A DNA stretch of 64,000 bases from positions 249,319-313,318 of the forward strand of contig OZ247431.1 in the NCBI GenBank assembly GCA_965232875.1. Reading direction: 5' to 3'. Shown here piece by piece: positions 9,183 through 18,680 of the stretch (position 1 is the first letter of the stretch; every line of letters begins with the position of its first letter). Both the position numbers and the translations under genes were made by a program. The notes below the pieces were generated by a model. It saw nothing but the letters and a program-made list of their open reading frames with translations. It made no database searches and was not told where the DNA came from. This stretch comes from Dehalococcoidia bacterium (GTDB lineage: Bacteria > Chloroflexota > Dehalococcoidia > Bin125).

Positions 9183-10298
9183 ATGGCCGCTGAAGCAACG
9201 AGTGAGGCGACCGTTGGAGTCCTGCCTGGCGATGATGCAGCGCCGGAGGCGGTCCACGCCTCGATGGCGGTGTTGCAGGCGATGGAACTGCCGATCGCCT
9301 TTGAGGTGTTGCCCGACGGCGCAGACCTAACCCGCGAGATGTCTCGCGAAGAGGGCGAGAAGCTGGTCATCGACACCGCCGAACGCTGCGACACCGTGCT
9401 CTTCGGCTCGACCAGCGGTCAGACGCCAGGTGTCGGTTACTTCCGCTGGGGCAAGCAGACCTTTGCCAACGTCCGGCCGATCAAGTGGCGGCCGGGCTTC
9501 CGCTCTCCGATGGCGCAACCTGAAGGCATCGACTACATCATCGTCCGTGAGAATCTTGAAGATCTCTACGCAGGCATTGAAGGTGACCTGTCCGAGGTCG
9601 CAGCATCGGGCCTAGCCGACCGCCCACGCTTTGGCGGCGTATCGCGGACTCAGGTGCCCGGCGGGTTTGGACACTTCGCCCAGGCTGAGGGCCGCTACGC
9701 GATCAAGTACTTCACTCGTGCCAACGTCGAGCGGGTGGCTCACTTTGCCTGCCGCCTGACCCAACAGCGCAAGGCCGAAGGTTACGCAGGCAAACTGACC
9801 TGCTCGGCCAAGACCAACGTCCTGGCCAAGACCGACGGTTGGTTCGTCGAGATCGCGGCCGAGGTCGCCTCGGGCTACCCCGACATTGAGTTTGAGTCAT
9901 TCATCGCCGACGATTTCGCCCGCCGAATCGTGGCCTCGCCGCACGACCTCGACGTGGTGCTGCTGCCCAACCTGTACGGCGACATCTTCTCGGACGAGGG
10001 CGCAGGCACGATCGGAGGCCTGGGCCTGGCGCCGTCCGGCTGTTTCGGCGAGGATTGGGCCTACTTCGAGTCCGTCCACGGCACTGCCCCTGATATCGCC
10101 GGGATGCACCGGATCAATCCCACCGCAACGATGCTCTCGGCAGTAATGATGCTGCATCACTTGGGTCTGCACGACCAGGCGTCAGGGCTGGAGAGCGCGA
10201 TTGACGCTGTGTACAGGGCAGGAGAGCGACTAACGCCGGATCAGGGTGGGTCGGCAAGCACCGAGGACTTCGCCCAGGCGGTGATCGACGTGCTATAA
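9183..10298 (+). CDS. isocitrate/isopropylmalate dehydrogenase family protein
   Basis: ANVRP, REN, NLYGDIFSD, ESVHGTAPDIAG. Confidence 0.9.
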   Translation: MAAEATSEATVGVLPGDDAAPEAVHASMAVLQAMELPIAFEVLPDGADLTREMSREEGEKLVIDTAERCDTVLFGSTSGQTPGVGYFRWGKQTFANVRPIKWRPGFRSPMAQPEGIDYIIVRENLEDLYAGIEGDLSEVAASGLADRPRFGGVSRTQVPGGFGHFAQAEGRYAIKYFTRANVERVAHFACRLTQQRKAEGYAGKLTCSAKTNVLAKTDGWFVEIAAEVASGYPDIEFESFIADDFARRIVASPHDLDVVLLPNLYGDIFSDEGAGTIGGLGLAPSGCFGEDWAYFESVHGTAPDIAGMHRINPTATMLSAVMMLHHLGLHDQASGLESAIDAVYRAGERLTPDQGGSASTEDFAQAVIDVL

Positions 10299-10315
10299 GT
10301 AGCCGGATTCATCCT

Positions 10316-10408
10316 CGTCATACCCGCGCACGTCGCGGGTATCTCGCGGCAATCACCACAAGCGTCGAGAGCGCTTCGAGATTCCCGCGGCGGAGCGCGG
10401 GAATGACG
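10316..10408. repeat. REP-like inverted doublet (GTCAT[T/A]CCCGCG..CGCGGG[A/T]ATCTC)
   Basis: Two hairpins in inverted orientation; relatives at 33247-33332, 46480-46499 and 49584-49613. Confidence 0.75.
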
Positions 10409-10420
10409 GAACAGGGGAAC

Positions 10421-10518
10421 TGGCGGGAGCGCATGGGAGTCGAACCCACCCGAGACGGTGCGGACCGCCCCGCATCAGTGTTGAAGACTGTGGAGGACAC
10501 CGGTCCCCTTCCGCTCCC
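10421..10518 (-). tRNA. selC: tRNA-Sec (anticodon UCA)
   Basis: Reverse complement GGGAGCGG...CAGT-CT-TCA-AC-ACTG, long variable arm, GGGTTCGACTCCC, ends CGCTCCCGCCA; ~98 nt. Confidence 0.93.
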
Positions 10519-10554
10519 CTACAGCAGAGGTTAGCCGACAAGCTGGTGGGTTGC

Positions 10555-11514
10555 TCAGAACGGGAGCTCGCGGAGGTAAGGCAGAAAGACACGCCGAATC
10601 TCAAGCAAGTTGCCGACCATCCAGCGCTGTATGTCTGCAAGTGCGTCATCGTCTTCATCGATCTCGCCGGGCCGCTCGACACAGATCCTGCAGGCTTTCC
10701 TGTTTGCAAGCGGGTCCCATATCAACGCAAAGCCCAGGTCTTCTTCGATCGACTCCCTGACTTCCTTTAGTTGACTGAACAGGCGCTCGTTGACTTCCTT
10801 GCCATCGCTTGTTGCTATCGTGACTTCGACACGTGCATTGTTTTCCGCTGTAAATCCCACGCTATAACTGATGCCTGCGAAACCTGATGCGAAGGAGTAC
10901 CAGTTTTGCGGCTGCGCCTTGCGAGCACGCGTGAATTGGTGCTTTTCGCGCAGCGTGTCCAACAGTTGCTGGTAGAAGTCTCTGTATCGAATACGTCTTT
11001 CCGAGAGGTTGCTAGCCTCTCCCCCGGTGGCACGACTCGCTACCTCCTTCTGCCAGTCATTGGGCATTGCAATCGCGACAAGTTGGGGAGCCGGGTTGGA
11101 GTCATCGATCTTCCACGCCTCCACAACAACACCGAAGAATGCCGTGTCTTCTTCGGTGCGGTGATTGAGCCAATCGAGGGCGGCGCGGTGTTCTGGCCGG
11201 AACTCTCGCACTAGCCACACGACGACACTCGCGTCGAAGCCAGCCGCGTAGGTCAGCAGTTTGCCTAGGTGGTCATGGTTGGTCGCGTCCAGCTGATTCT
11301 CGATCACCACGCGGCGATTGCTGCCGAGGTCTCGCGCGAGCAAGTCCAGGGAGAAGGGCCCCACGGAGGCCTCTCGTGTTTCGACCTCCAGATCGAGGCC
11401 GAGCACTTCCCCAAGAACCTCGATGTTGTCCTCTAGCCAAGGCGTGAAGTCGCTGGCCTCGTGCGGCCACACCTCACGCAGGTCAACGCGTTTCAGTGAA
11501 CTCAGACTGGGCAT
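10555..11514 (-). CDS. DUF4268 domain protein with N-terminal nuclease-like domain
   Basis: LREVWPHEASDFTPWL, DLLA...VIENQL...DHLGKLLTYAAG; C-terminal WDPLANRKACRI. Confidence 0.85.
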   Translation of the reverse strand: MPSLSSLKRVDLREVWPHEASDFTPWLEDNIEVLGEVLGLDLEVETREASVGPFSLDLLARDLGSNRRVVIENQLDATNHDHLGKLLTYAAGFDASVVVWLVREFRPEHRAALDWLNHRTEEDTAFFGVVVEAWKIDDSNPAPQLVAIAMPNDWQKEVASRATGGEASNLSERRIRYRDFYQQLLDTLREKHQFTRARKAQPQNWYSFASGFAGISYSVGFTAENNARVEVTIATSDGKEVNERLFSQLKEVRESIEEDLGFALIWDPLANRKACRICVERPGEIDEDDDALADIQRWMVGNLLEIRRVFLPYLRELPF

Positions 11515-11540
11515 AACCGTCCTCCCTGGCGGCGTCGAGG

Positions 11541-12230
11541 TTATCCCACGTACAGATCGACCGATGCTGGCGTCACTGATGCCTCAAGTTGCGCCCGGAA
11601 GGCACCCCATTCGTCCCCGTGGCGTGAACTTCTGAAGTTGGCGTGGAGACTGGCCGTTCCTCCGCTTTGCGTCATCGACGCTGTTTTGAATCCCTTCAGA
11701 TTGGCATTCAGAAACTGTAAGAGCGCTGCCTCGTGTTCGGAGTAGTCGCTTGCTGACATGGTGATGATCAGGTCGCGACTTCCGGCTCCTAGCCCTACCA
11801 GTCCAGTGCCAGAGAAGATGCGCTGCCCGACGAGCACCAATGCGACCGCAGCGAAGAGGATGCCGATTAGTTCGTAGTTGTAGGTCGCTGCGCCGATCGA
11901 TGATGCGATTACGACCAGCAAGTAGCCGATCTCGGCCGGATCCTTGATCGGAGTGCGAAAGCGGACGAATGAGAGCGCCCCCAGCAATCCCAGTGAGAGC
12001 GGCAGCGACCATTGAATGGCGATGAAGAGCAGTGTGATCGCAGGTCCGGCGAGCAGGAACACGCGATGAATCCCTGCTCCGCGCTGCCAGTCTCGGTAGA
12101 AGATGAGATATAGCGCGTACGTGGCAATTGACGCCGCCAGAGAGACGATCATGGCGAGCAGATATTCCTCGAGCGCGATCTCGGAGGTTGGGCCAAGAAT
12201 CTCGGGCCACTCGATCAGGACGAAGGGCAT
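11541..12230 (-). CDS. DUF4956 family membrane protein
   Basis: LSLGLLGALSFVRFRTPIKDP signature. Confidence 0.88.
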   Translation of the reverse strand: MPFVLIEWPEILGPTSEIALEEYLLAMIVSLAASIATYALYLIFYRDWQRGAGIHRVFLLAGPAITLLFIAIQWSLPLSLGLLGALSFVRFRTPIKDPAEIGYLLVVIASSIGAATYNYELIGILFAAVALVLVGQRIFSGTGLVGLGAGSRDLIITMSASDYSEHEAALLQFLNANLKGFKTASMTQSGGTASLHANFRSSRHGDEWGAFRAQLEASVTPASVDLYVG

Positions 12231-12257
12231 GGGCAGCTCCTGGTGCAGGTGTTCCGA

Positions 12258-13001
12258 TTATCTGATGTAGGAGTGAACGCCGCCGTACAGCAGTTCGACA
12301 GCAAGAGCGTACTTGGAGTGTGCTGACCGGCGTAGGCCGAGCTTACCCAGATGAGAGACGTACAGGGGCAGTTCGCCGCTGGATTTGAGCTCCAGTACGG
12401 AGCCGTTGGGGACGGGCAACCAGACCGGCGCGCCTCTCGGATTCGCTGCTCGCACCTGTGTGTCCAATGAGGCTCGCAGCACACCATCGCGCGATTGCCA
12501 GCGAATCCGTTGGTAGCGAATGAATGCGACCGGCTCGACGGTCGGGTCGATGGAGGATGCCGCGGCTTCGCTCATGTCGCGCAGCAAGCGAGTGAGCTCA
12601 GGCCGGTCGGGCAGTACCAGTCCGAGTTGATTGGCGATGCCTGAGATTGGATTGTGGGCGCGCAGCTTTTGAGTTCGCGCGCCAGCGCGGGACTTAAGCT
12701 CGATCCAGACGCCGGCGTACGGGTCGACGGGGTCGCCGTACCAGCGCAACCTGAGCTTCCGCTTGTCAAACTCGCCGTCCACCGACTCCTGGTAGGCGTC
12801 AAGCTGCGCCGTGTCGTAATAGCAGCTCGTGATCACGCCGAGGGGATACTGCGGGTCGCGCGGCAGCCGAGCATCGAGCCAGGCAGTCAACAGAGCCGCT
12901 CGCGCGTCTGGAAGAGGGTACTTGCGTTCTTCGCGCGATCTGTCCAATCCGGACGGTGCGACACTCATCCGTCCGGTCGAACTGGGCAGCGTCACAGTCA
13001 T
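12258..13001 (-). CDS. VTC / polyphosphate polymerase domain protein
   Basis: EERKY, SCYYDT, KLRLRWY, IELK, YQR, VLELK, SKY motifs. Confidence 0.88.
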   Translation of the reverse strand: MTVTLPSSTGRMSVAPSGLDRSREERKYPLPDARAALLTAWLDARLPRDPQYPLGVITSCYYDTAQLDAYQESVDGEFDKRKLRLRWYGDPVDPYAGVWIELKSRAGARTQKLRAHNPISGIANQLGLVLPDRPELTRLLRDMSEAAASSIDPTVEPVAFIRYQRIRWQSRDGVLRASLDTQVRAANPRGAPVWLPVPNGSVLELKSSGELPLYVSHLGKLGLRRSAHSKYALAVELLYGGVHSYIR

Positions 13002-13052
13002 GCAGGTAGGCTAACTCCTTGTTGACGCCACACAGGGAGATCGGGCATCTGG

Positions 13053-14453
13053 ATGAATCGCCGCACGGCATTGTCACTGGCGGTCGCAGTCGCCGTGATT
13101 GTCGGCGCGGTGGTGTTTGCGCTCATCGGCGAATCACAACCGGCGAGAGTGCCGTCGAATGCGGCTGAGTCGACGATCGGCGTCGACCAACAGCGCAGCG
13201 ATCCGTTCGACATCGTCTTTGACATCGGGAATGTTCGGACCTACAACATCGTCATCTCCGAAGCATCATTGGCCCGGTTGAACGCCAATCCGACCGCCGA
13301 ACAGTATGTAGAGGCGGCTGTCGAAATCGACGGTCAACGCTATGAACCGGTCGGCGTTCGCTACAAGGGGTTTTTTGGCGTCTTGCGATTTTGTTTCCAG
13401 AATGGACGGCAAGTCTGTCCCAAGTTGTCGTGGAAGCTGAAGCTGAATCACTTTGAACCGAGTCTCCGCTATCACGGCTTGAAGCGTCTGAACTTTCACT
13501 CGATGAACAGCGACGAGTCGCAGATGCGCGAGATCCTCAGCTACCAGGTCTTCCGCGATTCGGGCACAGCGGCCCCGCGTTCGGTCTATGCCGAGTTGCA
13601 ACTGAATGGCGAACCGTTAGGCCTGTTCACATTGACCGAGGACATCGACGACCGGTTCATCGCCGATCGCTTCCGAGACCGGGGGCGCGGCGTGCTGTTC
13701 AAGGAGATCTGGCCGGGCAATATCGACAACCTGTGGGTCTTCCAGGAGACGCTGTCGGATGCAGTGGTGCGCGGCCCGCGCGACACGTCGCAGCTTGAGG
13801 CGTTTGCCGAAGCGCTGGAGACGGCGGAGTCGGAAGAGGCACTCTATGACGCGCTTCTGGATCATCTGCAAGACGACCAGGACATCTTCAACTACCTCGC
13901 GGCTGACCGATTGACCGACAATTGGGACGGCATCGTGGCCTGGTACTGCGTGCCGGTCTGCGGGAATCACAACTACTTCTGGTACCAGGACGCGTTGTCG
14001 GGCGGATTCACGTTGATTCCCTGGGATGTCGAGCACACCTGGCGCTCGCCCAGCCCGATTCGAACGGCGTACCAGATGCCGGATTGGGATGAGCTGGATC
14101 GGACCTGCCGCATTCGCAAAGTCTTCTTCGACATCGACGCTCGCGCTCCACATTGTGATCCAACCATGTACGCCCTGGCGACGATGGGTTGGGAACGCTA
14201 TATCGAAGCATCCCGCGAACTGTTGCGCGAGACGATTTCGGTGGAGCTCATGCATCAGCGGGTGGATGCGTTGGCGGAGATGATCGACGAGCACATTGAG
14301 GCCGACAGCAAGGGTCCGGGTTACGCCACATGGCGACAGGCTGTGGACCGATTGCACGACGAGATTGATGATCGCTGGCAGTACATTGAGGCGAAGATCG
14401 ACGCGTGGGACGCGAACGCGGAAACGAGCCGGAGGGAGCCAACCGATGGTTGA
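13053..14453 (+). CDS. CotH kinase family protein (exported)
   Basis: N-terminal signal/anchor; VGVRYKG, KLSWKLK, E-D-I-D, NWDG, HNYFWY, IPWDVE. Confidence 0.88.
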   Translation: MNRRTALSLAVAVAVIVGAVVFALIGESQPARVPSNAAESTIGVDQQRSDPFDIVFDIGNVRTYNIVISEASLARLNANPTAEQYVEAAVEIDGQRYEPVGVRYKGFFGVLRFCFQNGRQVCPKLSWKLKLNHFEPSLRYHGLKRLNFHSMNSDESQMREILSYQVFRDSGTAAPRSVYAELQLNGEPLGLFTLTEDIDDRFIADRFRDRGRGVLFKEIWPGNIDNLWVFQETLSDAVVRGPRDTSQLEAFAEALETAESEEALYDALLDHLQDDQDIFNYLAADRLTDNWDGIVAWYCVPVCGNHNYFWYQDALSGGFTLIPWDVEHTWRSPSPIRTAYQMPDWDELDRTCRIRKVFFDIDARAPHCDPTMYALATMGWERYIEASRELLRETISVELMHQRVDALAEMIDEHIEADSKGPGYATWRQAVDRLHDEIDDRWQYIEAKIDAWDANAETSRREPTDG

Positions 14454-16029
14454 CCTAATTCTCCGTGGCGGCACAGTGGTCGATGGTACGGGTAGAGGGG
14501 CATTCCCTGCTGATGTGGCGGTCGAAGGCGATCGGATTTCGGCGCTCGGGGATCTTTCGGGATTGACAGCAGCTCGTGAGATCGATGCGACCGGACTGGT
14601 CGTGTCTCCCGGATTCGTCGACACCCATGCGCACTCGGACGGGGTCCTGCTGCGCGACGCAGTCCATGCGCATGGTTTGGTTCAGGGGGTGACGACCGAG
14701 TTCATCACCCAGGACGGTCTGTCCTACGCCATGTTGTCGGGTGACAATCTGCAGTTCTACGGACGCTACATCGCCGGCCTGTACGGTCCGCCTCCGACCG
14801 ACCTGGACATGTCCTCAATGGCCGCGTTTCGGTCGCACTACGAAGGCAAGGGATGCAACGTCGCCGTGCAGGTTCCGCATGGACCTGTCCGATTGGAAAG
14901 CGTCGGTTTCGAGGACGTTCCGCTACAGGGCGCAGGACTGTCAAACGCTGAGCGAATGGTCGCCGAGGGGATGGAACAGGGCGCGACCGGCTTTTCGACG
15001 GGCCTGTCGTACTACCCGAACTCATACTCGGACACCGAGGAGTTGGTAGCGCTCAACCGTGTCGTCGCTGAACACGGTGGCGTGTACGTGACGCATATCC
15101 GCAATCACAACGACGACCGCGCGCCCGATGGCTCGGGCATCGTCGAAGCGATGAATATTGGCCGTCGCAGCGGCGTCAATGTCCATATCTCGCACTACCG
15201 CACGTTTCCCAGCAACGCCGGACAGATCGACTTGATCATGTCGGAAGTCGACAAGGCCAAGGCCGATGGCGTCGACGTGACGCTGGAGTGCTACCCCTAC
15301 GCCGCCGCGGCAACCGTCCCGGGATACTTCCTGCGCGGCGAGTGTCATGTCGGTGGTATCGACCGGCTGCTGGAGCGGCTCGGTGATCCCGCCTGGCGCG
15401 ATCGGTTGGTTGACTCGCTCGAGAACCTGTTCCCCGGACGCAGCGACAGCGCCACCTGGACCTGGATCGGCGCCGACCATCTTAAGCACCTCGAAGGTTT
15501 GTCCTTCGCCGACGCCGCGACCGCAATGGGCGTATCGGTTTCAGAGATGACGTTGACCGTGATGCGAGAGTCAGGATTGCAGTGCGGATTCCGCGACGGC
15601 CTGCCGGCCAGCGCGTCGTTGGTGCGCCAGGTCGAGGCTGACGTGATCGCGCTGCTCTCGCGCGATGACTACATGGTCGGCTCGGACGGCATCCCCTTCG
15701 ACGAGGGCATTCCACACCCCCGCGCCTACGGGACGTTCCCACGAATCCTCGGTCGCCTCCGCCGTCGCCTGGGCGTCTCGCTCGAGCACCTGGTGCGAGG
15801 AATGACATCGCTGCCTTGCGAACGGTTTGGTCTAACCGACCGAGGCGTGGTCGCCGAGGGCAAGTTCGCTGACCTCGTCGTGTTCGATCCAGACACGATC
15901 ATCGACACGGCCGACTTCAACGACCCTCGAACGCCGCCGGCAGGTATTCCCTACGTGGTGGTTAACGGTCAGGTCGCCGTGGATGGCGGCCGTCCAACTG
16001 GTGCGCTGGCAGGTCGGTCGATTCCCTGA
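14446..16029 (+). CDS. N-acyl-D-amino-acid deacylase (D-aminoacylase) family
   Basis: PGFVDTHAHSD, THIR, GSDG, HPRAYGTFPR. Confidence 0.9.
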   Translation: MVDLILRGGTVVDGTGRGAFPADVAVEGDRISALGDLSGLTAAREIDATGLVVSPGFVDTHAHSDGVLLRDAVHAHGLVQGVTTEFITQDGLSYAMLSGDNLQFYGRYIAGLYGPPPTDLDMSSMAAFRSHYEGKGCNVAVQVPHGPVRLESVGFEDVPLQGAGLSNAERMVAEGMEQGATGFSTGLSYYPNSYSDTEELVALNRVVAEHGGVYVTHIRNHNDDRAPDGSGIVEAMNIGRRSGVNVHISHYRTFPSNAGQIDLIMSEVDKAKADGVDVTLECYPYAAAATVPGYFLRGECHVGGIDRLLERLGDPAWRDRLVDSLENLFPGRSDSATWTWIGADHLKHLEGLSFADAATAMGVSVSEMTLTVMRESGLQCGFRDGLPASASLVRQVEADVIALLSRDDYMVGSDGIPFDEGIPHPRAYGTFPRILGRLRRRLGVSLEHLVRGMTSLPCERFGLTDRGVVAEGKFADLVVFDPDTIIDTADFNDPRTPPAGIPYVVVNGQVAVDGGRPTGALAGRSIP

Positions 16030-16073
16030 GCGTTCTTGGACCTCTCCCAACGGGAGCGGGGACAGGATTGGGG

Positions 16074-16817
16074 TTAGCCGGCGGCGGCTGACTGGATTTC
16101 CTTTGGTTGCGGTCCTTCGATTTGCTGGTCGACCAGCCGGAGCAGTTCTTCGGGGGAGAGGTCGTCGAGTTGGCGGTCGGGTGATTGGTTGAGAATTTTC
16201 TCCGGAGCGTCGGTGGTGGGGACGTCCAGTGTTTTACGGGGAATGGGGTGGTCGGAGTGGTTAGGTTTGGAAGGTTTTGGTAGGCCGTGGTGGATGTTGG
16301 TCGGCTGTCTGGGCTTGGCCGACGCGCCCGACTTGGCCGACGCGCCCGACTTAGCCGGCTTGGCCGGCTTGGCCGGCTTGGGAGCGGCGGTGAGTTCGTC
16401 GACGGGGAAGTCGAGTTCCTGGGGGAGATCGCCGGGTTCGATGTCTCGGAGTTCGGCGCGCTCGTGGAGTTGGGCCATGAGTCGTCGCGTCTCGCGGAGG
16501 ACGATGGCGAGTTCGTGGTTGTGGGCCTGATAGAAGCGGGCGAAGTCGGTCGGGTTCAAGTGGCCGAAGTCTTTGACCAGGTCGCGCCGGAGGAGATTGC
16601 GCAAGCGGCGCTGGAGCAGGCCGAGTTGTTCGAGCAGGAAGTCGTCGGCGGACTGGCGGGTGATCTCGCTCCAATGGGTCTCGATGAGTTTGAGGTCGGC
16701 GAGGGCGGTGGCGTGGGAGATGTTGAGCAGCTTGCCGATGTTGCGGAGGGAGCGTCCCTGCTGTCGGAGTTCGTGGACTTTGAGGGCGCGCTGTCTTCGT
16801 CGTGGCGAGATTTGCAT
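16074..16817 (-). CDS. orphan HTH protein with low-complexity C-terminus (terminase small subunit-like N-terminus is possible)
   Basis: RALKVHELRQQGRSLRNIGKLLNISHATALADL HTH; KPAKPAKPAKSGASAKSGASAK tandem repeat. Confidence 0.7.
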   Translation of the reverse strand: MQISPRRRQRALKVHELRQQGRSLRNIGKLLNISHATALADLKLIETHWSEITRQSADDFLLEQLGLLQRRLRNLLRRDLVKDFGHLNPTDFARFYQAHNHELAIVLRETRRLMAQLHERAELRDIEPGDLPQELDFPVDELTAAPKPAKPAKPAKSGASAKSGASAKPRQPTNIHHGLPKPSKPNHSDHPIPRKTLDVPTTDAPEKILNQSPDRQLDDLSPEELLRLVDQQIEGPQPKEIQSAAAG

Positions 16818-16838
16818 GGTCGGGGCCTTTCCTTGTAC

Positions 16839-16850
16839 GCACAGATGTTC
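16839..16850. promoter_or_regulatory. putative LexA (GAAC-N4-GTTC type) box
   Basis: Minus strand GAACATCTGTGC, one mismatch, ~20 bp upstream of the HTH gene. Confidence 0.4.
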
Positions 16851-16947
16851 TGTATAGGGTATAGTGAATATGTTCTGAGTTTAGGTCGGACTGTGCATTA
16901 GCAAACATCGGCGGGCGGGAGCCGCGTCGAACAGAAGCAAGGAGAGG

Positions 16948-17202
16948 ATGATGTCCGAGATGCGCGACCTGGAGGAGCTTCGGGAACAGGCGGCGGTGGA
17001 GAAGATATACCGCGAGGCGGTGGAGACGCTGTACCTGATTGTGATGGCGTATGCGGGATCGGGGGAGGGGGAGCATCCGATCCAGGCGTTGGTGCGCGAG
17101 CATCCTGGTTCGAACGTTTATTTCTGGTACGGCTTGATGAAGATGACGGCGGAGGCGCTCTCGGAGGACGGGTTGATTCCGCAGGCGAGCGGGGACGGCT
17201 GA
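16948..17202 (+). CDS. small hypothetical protein
   Basis: Strong RBS AAGGAGAGG; divergent from the HTH gene. Confidence 0.6.
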   Translation: MMSEMRDLEELREQAAVEKIYREAVETLYLIVMAYAGSGEGEHPIQALVREHPGSNVYFWYGLMKMTAEALSEDGLIPQASGDG

Positions 17203-17234
17203 GGCCTAGCGTGCGCCGTGAATGGATGAATCGC

Positions 17235-17397
17235 CCTCGTTCTTGAGGAGATGTCACGGAGTGACAGAGAGGGGGTCGGCTGGCGACGGCCAGATAGGGC
17301 CAACAGGCAGCCCCCCCTCTGCCCCCGGGTCAAGCCCGGGGCAGGCTTTCGGCATCTCCCCCGCAAGGGGGGAGAAGGGGAGTTATGCGTCAGTCTC
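17235..17397. mobile_element. MITE/REP family B copy
   Basis: GGAGATGTCACGGAGTGACAGAG...GGCATCTCCCCCGCAAGGGGGGAGAAGGGGAG; right end TTATGCGTCAGTCTC. Confidence 0.75.
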
Positions 17398-17420
17398 CCA
17401 AAGTGGGAGATCTGGGAGTC

Positions 17421-18665
17421 CTACTCGACCACGCCGTCAACCATCAACTGATGAAACTCCGCCTCGCTATAGCCGCAGAGTTCCCGGTAGACGTATTCGG
17501 AATCTTCACCCAACAAGGGTGAGCGACGAGGCATCGGCGGCGGTGTGTCGCTGAGACGCCAAGGTGGGCTTTCGTAGGACATTTCGCCGATCACTGGGTG
17601 GTCGCTCGGCCACCAGTGGTTGCGATGGGCGAGCTGTGGGTCCTCGTGGGCGTCGCGCACTGTGGATGCTCGATGGGCCGGGATTTCGACAGCCTGGAGT
17701 TCTCGCTCGACTTCGTCAACGGTTCTCTGAGATGTCCAACGAGTTATACCGTCGTCGAGTGCGTCCTGCGCGGCCAGGCGTCCAGCGGCATGACAGAGTT
17801 CTTCGGACTCAAGCCAATCTTGTCGATCCATGATCAGCGCCAGGCGTCGCCATTGGTCGTCCGATGTCACGGCGATCGCGACCCAGCGGTCGCTGCCGGT
17901 GTGGTCGTCGGCGCAGGGATAGACGCCGTGCGGGGCAAAACGCAGATCTCGGTTACCGAGCGGCTTGGCCACTCGGCCCGTGTTGGCTGCATCTATCACT
18001 CCGGCGTCCAGAACCAGGGTCGAGGCTTCGAATTGCGAGAGGTCGATGTATTGGCCCTCGCCCGTCCGGCGGCGATGGTCGAGCGCGGCCAGAATGCCGA
18101 TGATCGCGACGTGGGTCGCGACCCAGTCGGTGTAGGCGACGCCCGTACCGACCGGCGGCAAGTCGGGCCATCCCGTGACCCCGGTCACGCCAGCGGTCGC
18201 TTGCAAGGTGAGACCGAAGCCTCGGAACCGCGCGTGCGGTCCGGTCTGGCCTTCCATCGACATCGAGCACATGATCACGTCGGGTTTGATGTTGCGGACT
18301 GCCTCGTAGTTGAGGCCGAGTCGGTCCATGAATCCCGGCGCAAACGACTCAGTCACGATGTCGGCGCTGGCGATCAGGCGCCGCGCAACTTCCGCGCCAC
18401 GTTCATGGGCGAGGTTGATCGCCACTGACCGCTTTCCGCGATTGAACTTGGCGAAGTACGACGAGGCGTCAAGCGAGTGATCGCCAGCGGGACGGGGCCC
18501 GCCGGATCGGAACGTATCGGGACGACGCGTCGACTCCACCCGGATGACTTCAGCGCCGTGAAACGCCATCTGCATGGTTGCGTTTGGTCCAACGCCGACC
18601 CAGGCGAAGTCGGCGATGCGAACGCCGTCGAACAGGTGCGCGCCAGGAATCTCGTTGCTGCTCAT
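17421..18665 (-). CDS. class III CoA-transferase (CaiB/BaiF), catalytic subunit
   Basis: DFAWVGVGP, NRGKRS, AYTD with catalytic Asp. Confidence 0.9.
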   Translation of the reverse strand: MSSNEIPGAHLFDGVRIADFAWVGVGPNATMQMAFHGAEVIRVESTRRPDTFRSGGPRPAGDHSLDASSYFAKFNRGKRSVAINLAHERGAEVARRLIASADIVTESFAPGFMDRLGLNYEAVRNIKPDVIMCSMSMEGQTGPHARFRGFGLTLQATAGVTGVTGWPDLPPVGTGVAYTDWVATHVAIIGILAALDHRRRTGEGQYIDLSQFEASTLVLDAGVIDAANTGRVAKPLGNRDLRFAPHGVYPCADDHTGSDRWVAIAVTSDDQWRRLALIMDRQDWLESEELCHAAGRLAAQDALDDGITRWTSQRTVDEVERELQAVEIPAHRASTVRDAHEDPQLAHRNHWWPSDHPVIGEMSYESPPWRLSDTPPPMPRRSPLLGEDSEYVYRELCGYSEAEFHQLMVDGVVE

Positions 18666-18680
18666 GGGAAGGAGGAACTC

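Noticed and set aside
1-10420. Integrative element at the selC 3' end
   Set aside because: No integrase and no duplicated tRNA 3' end seen in the window
16074-17202. Prophage
   Set aside because: No large terminase, capsid, portal or integrase genes nearby
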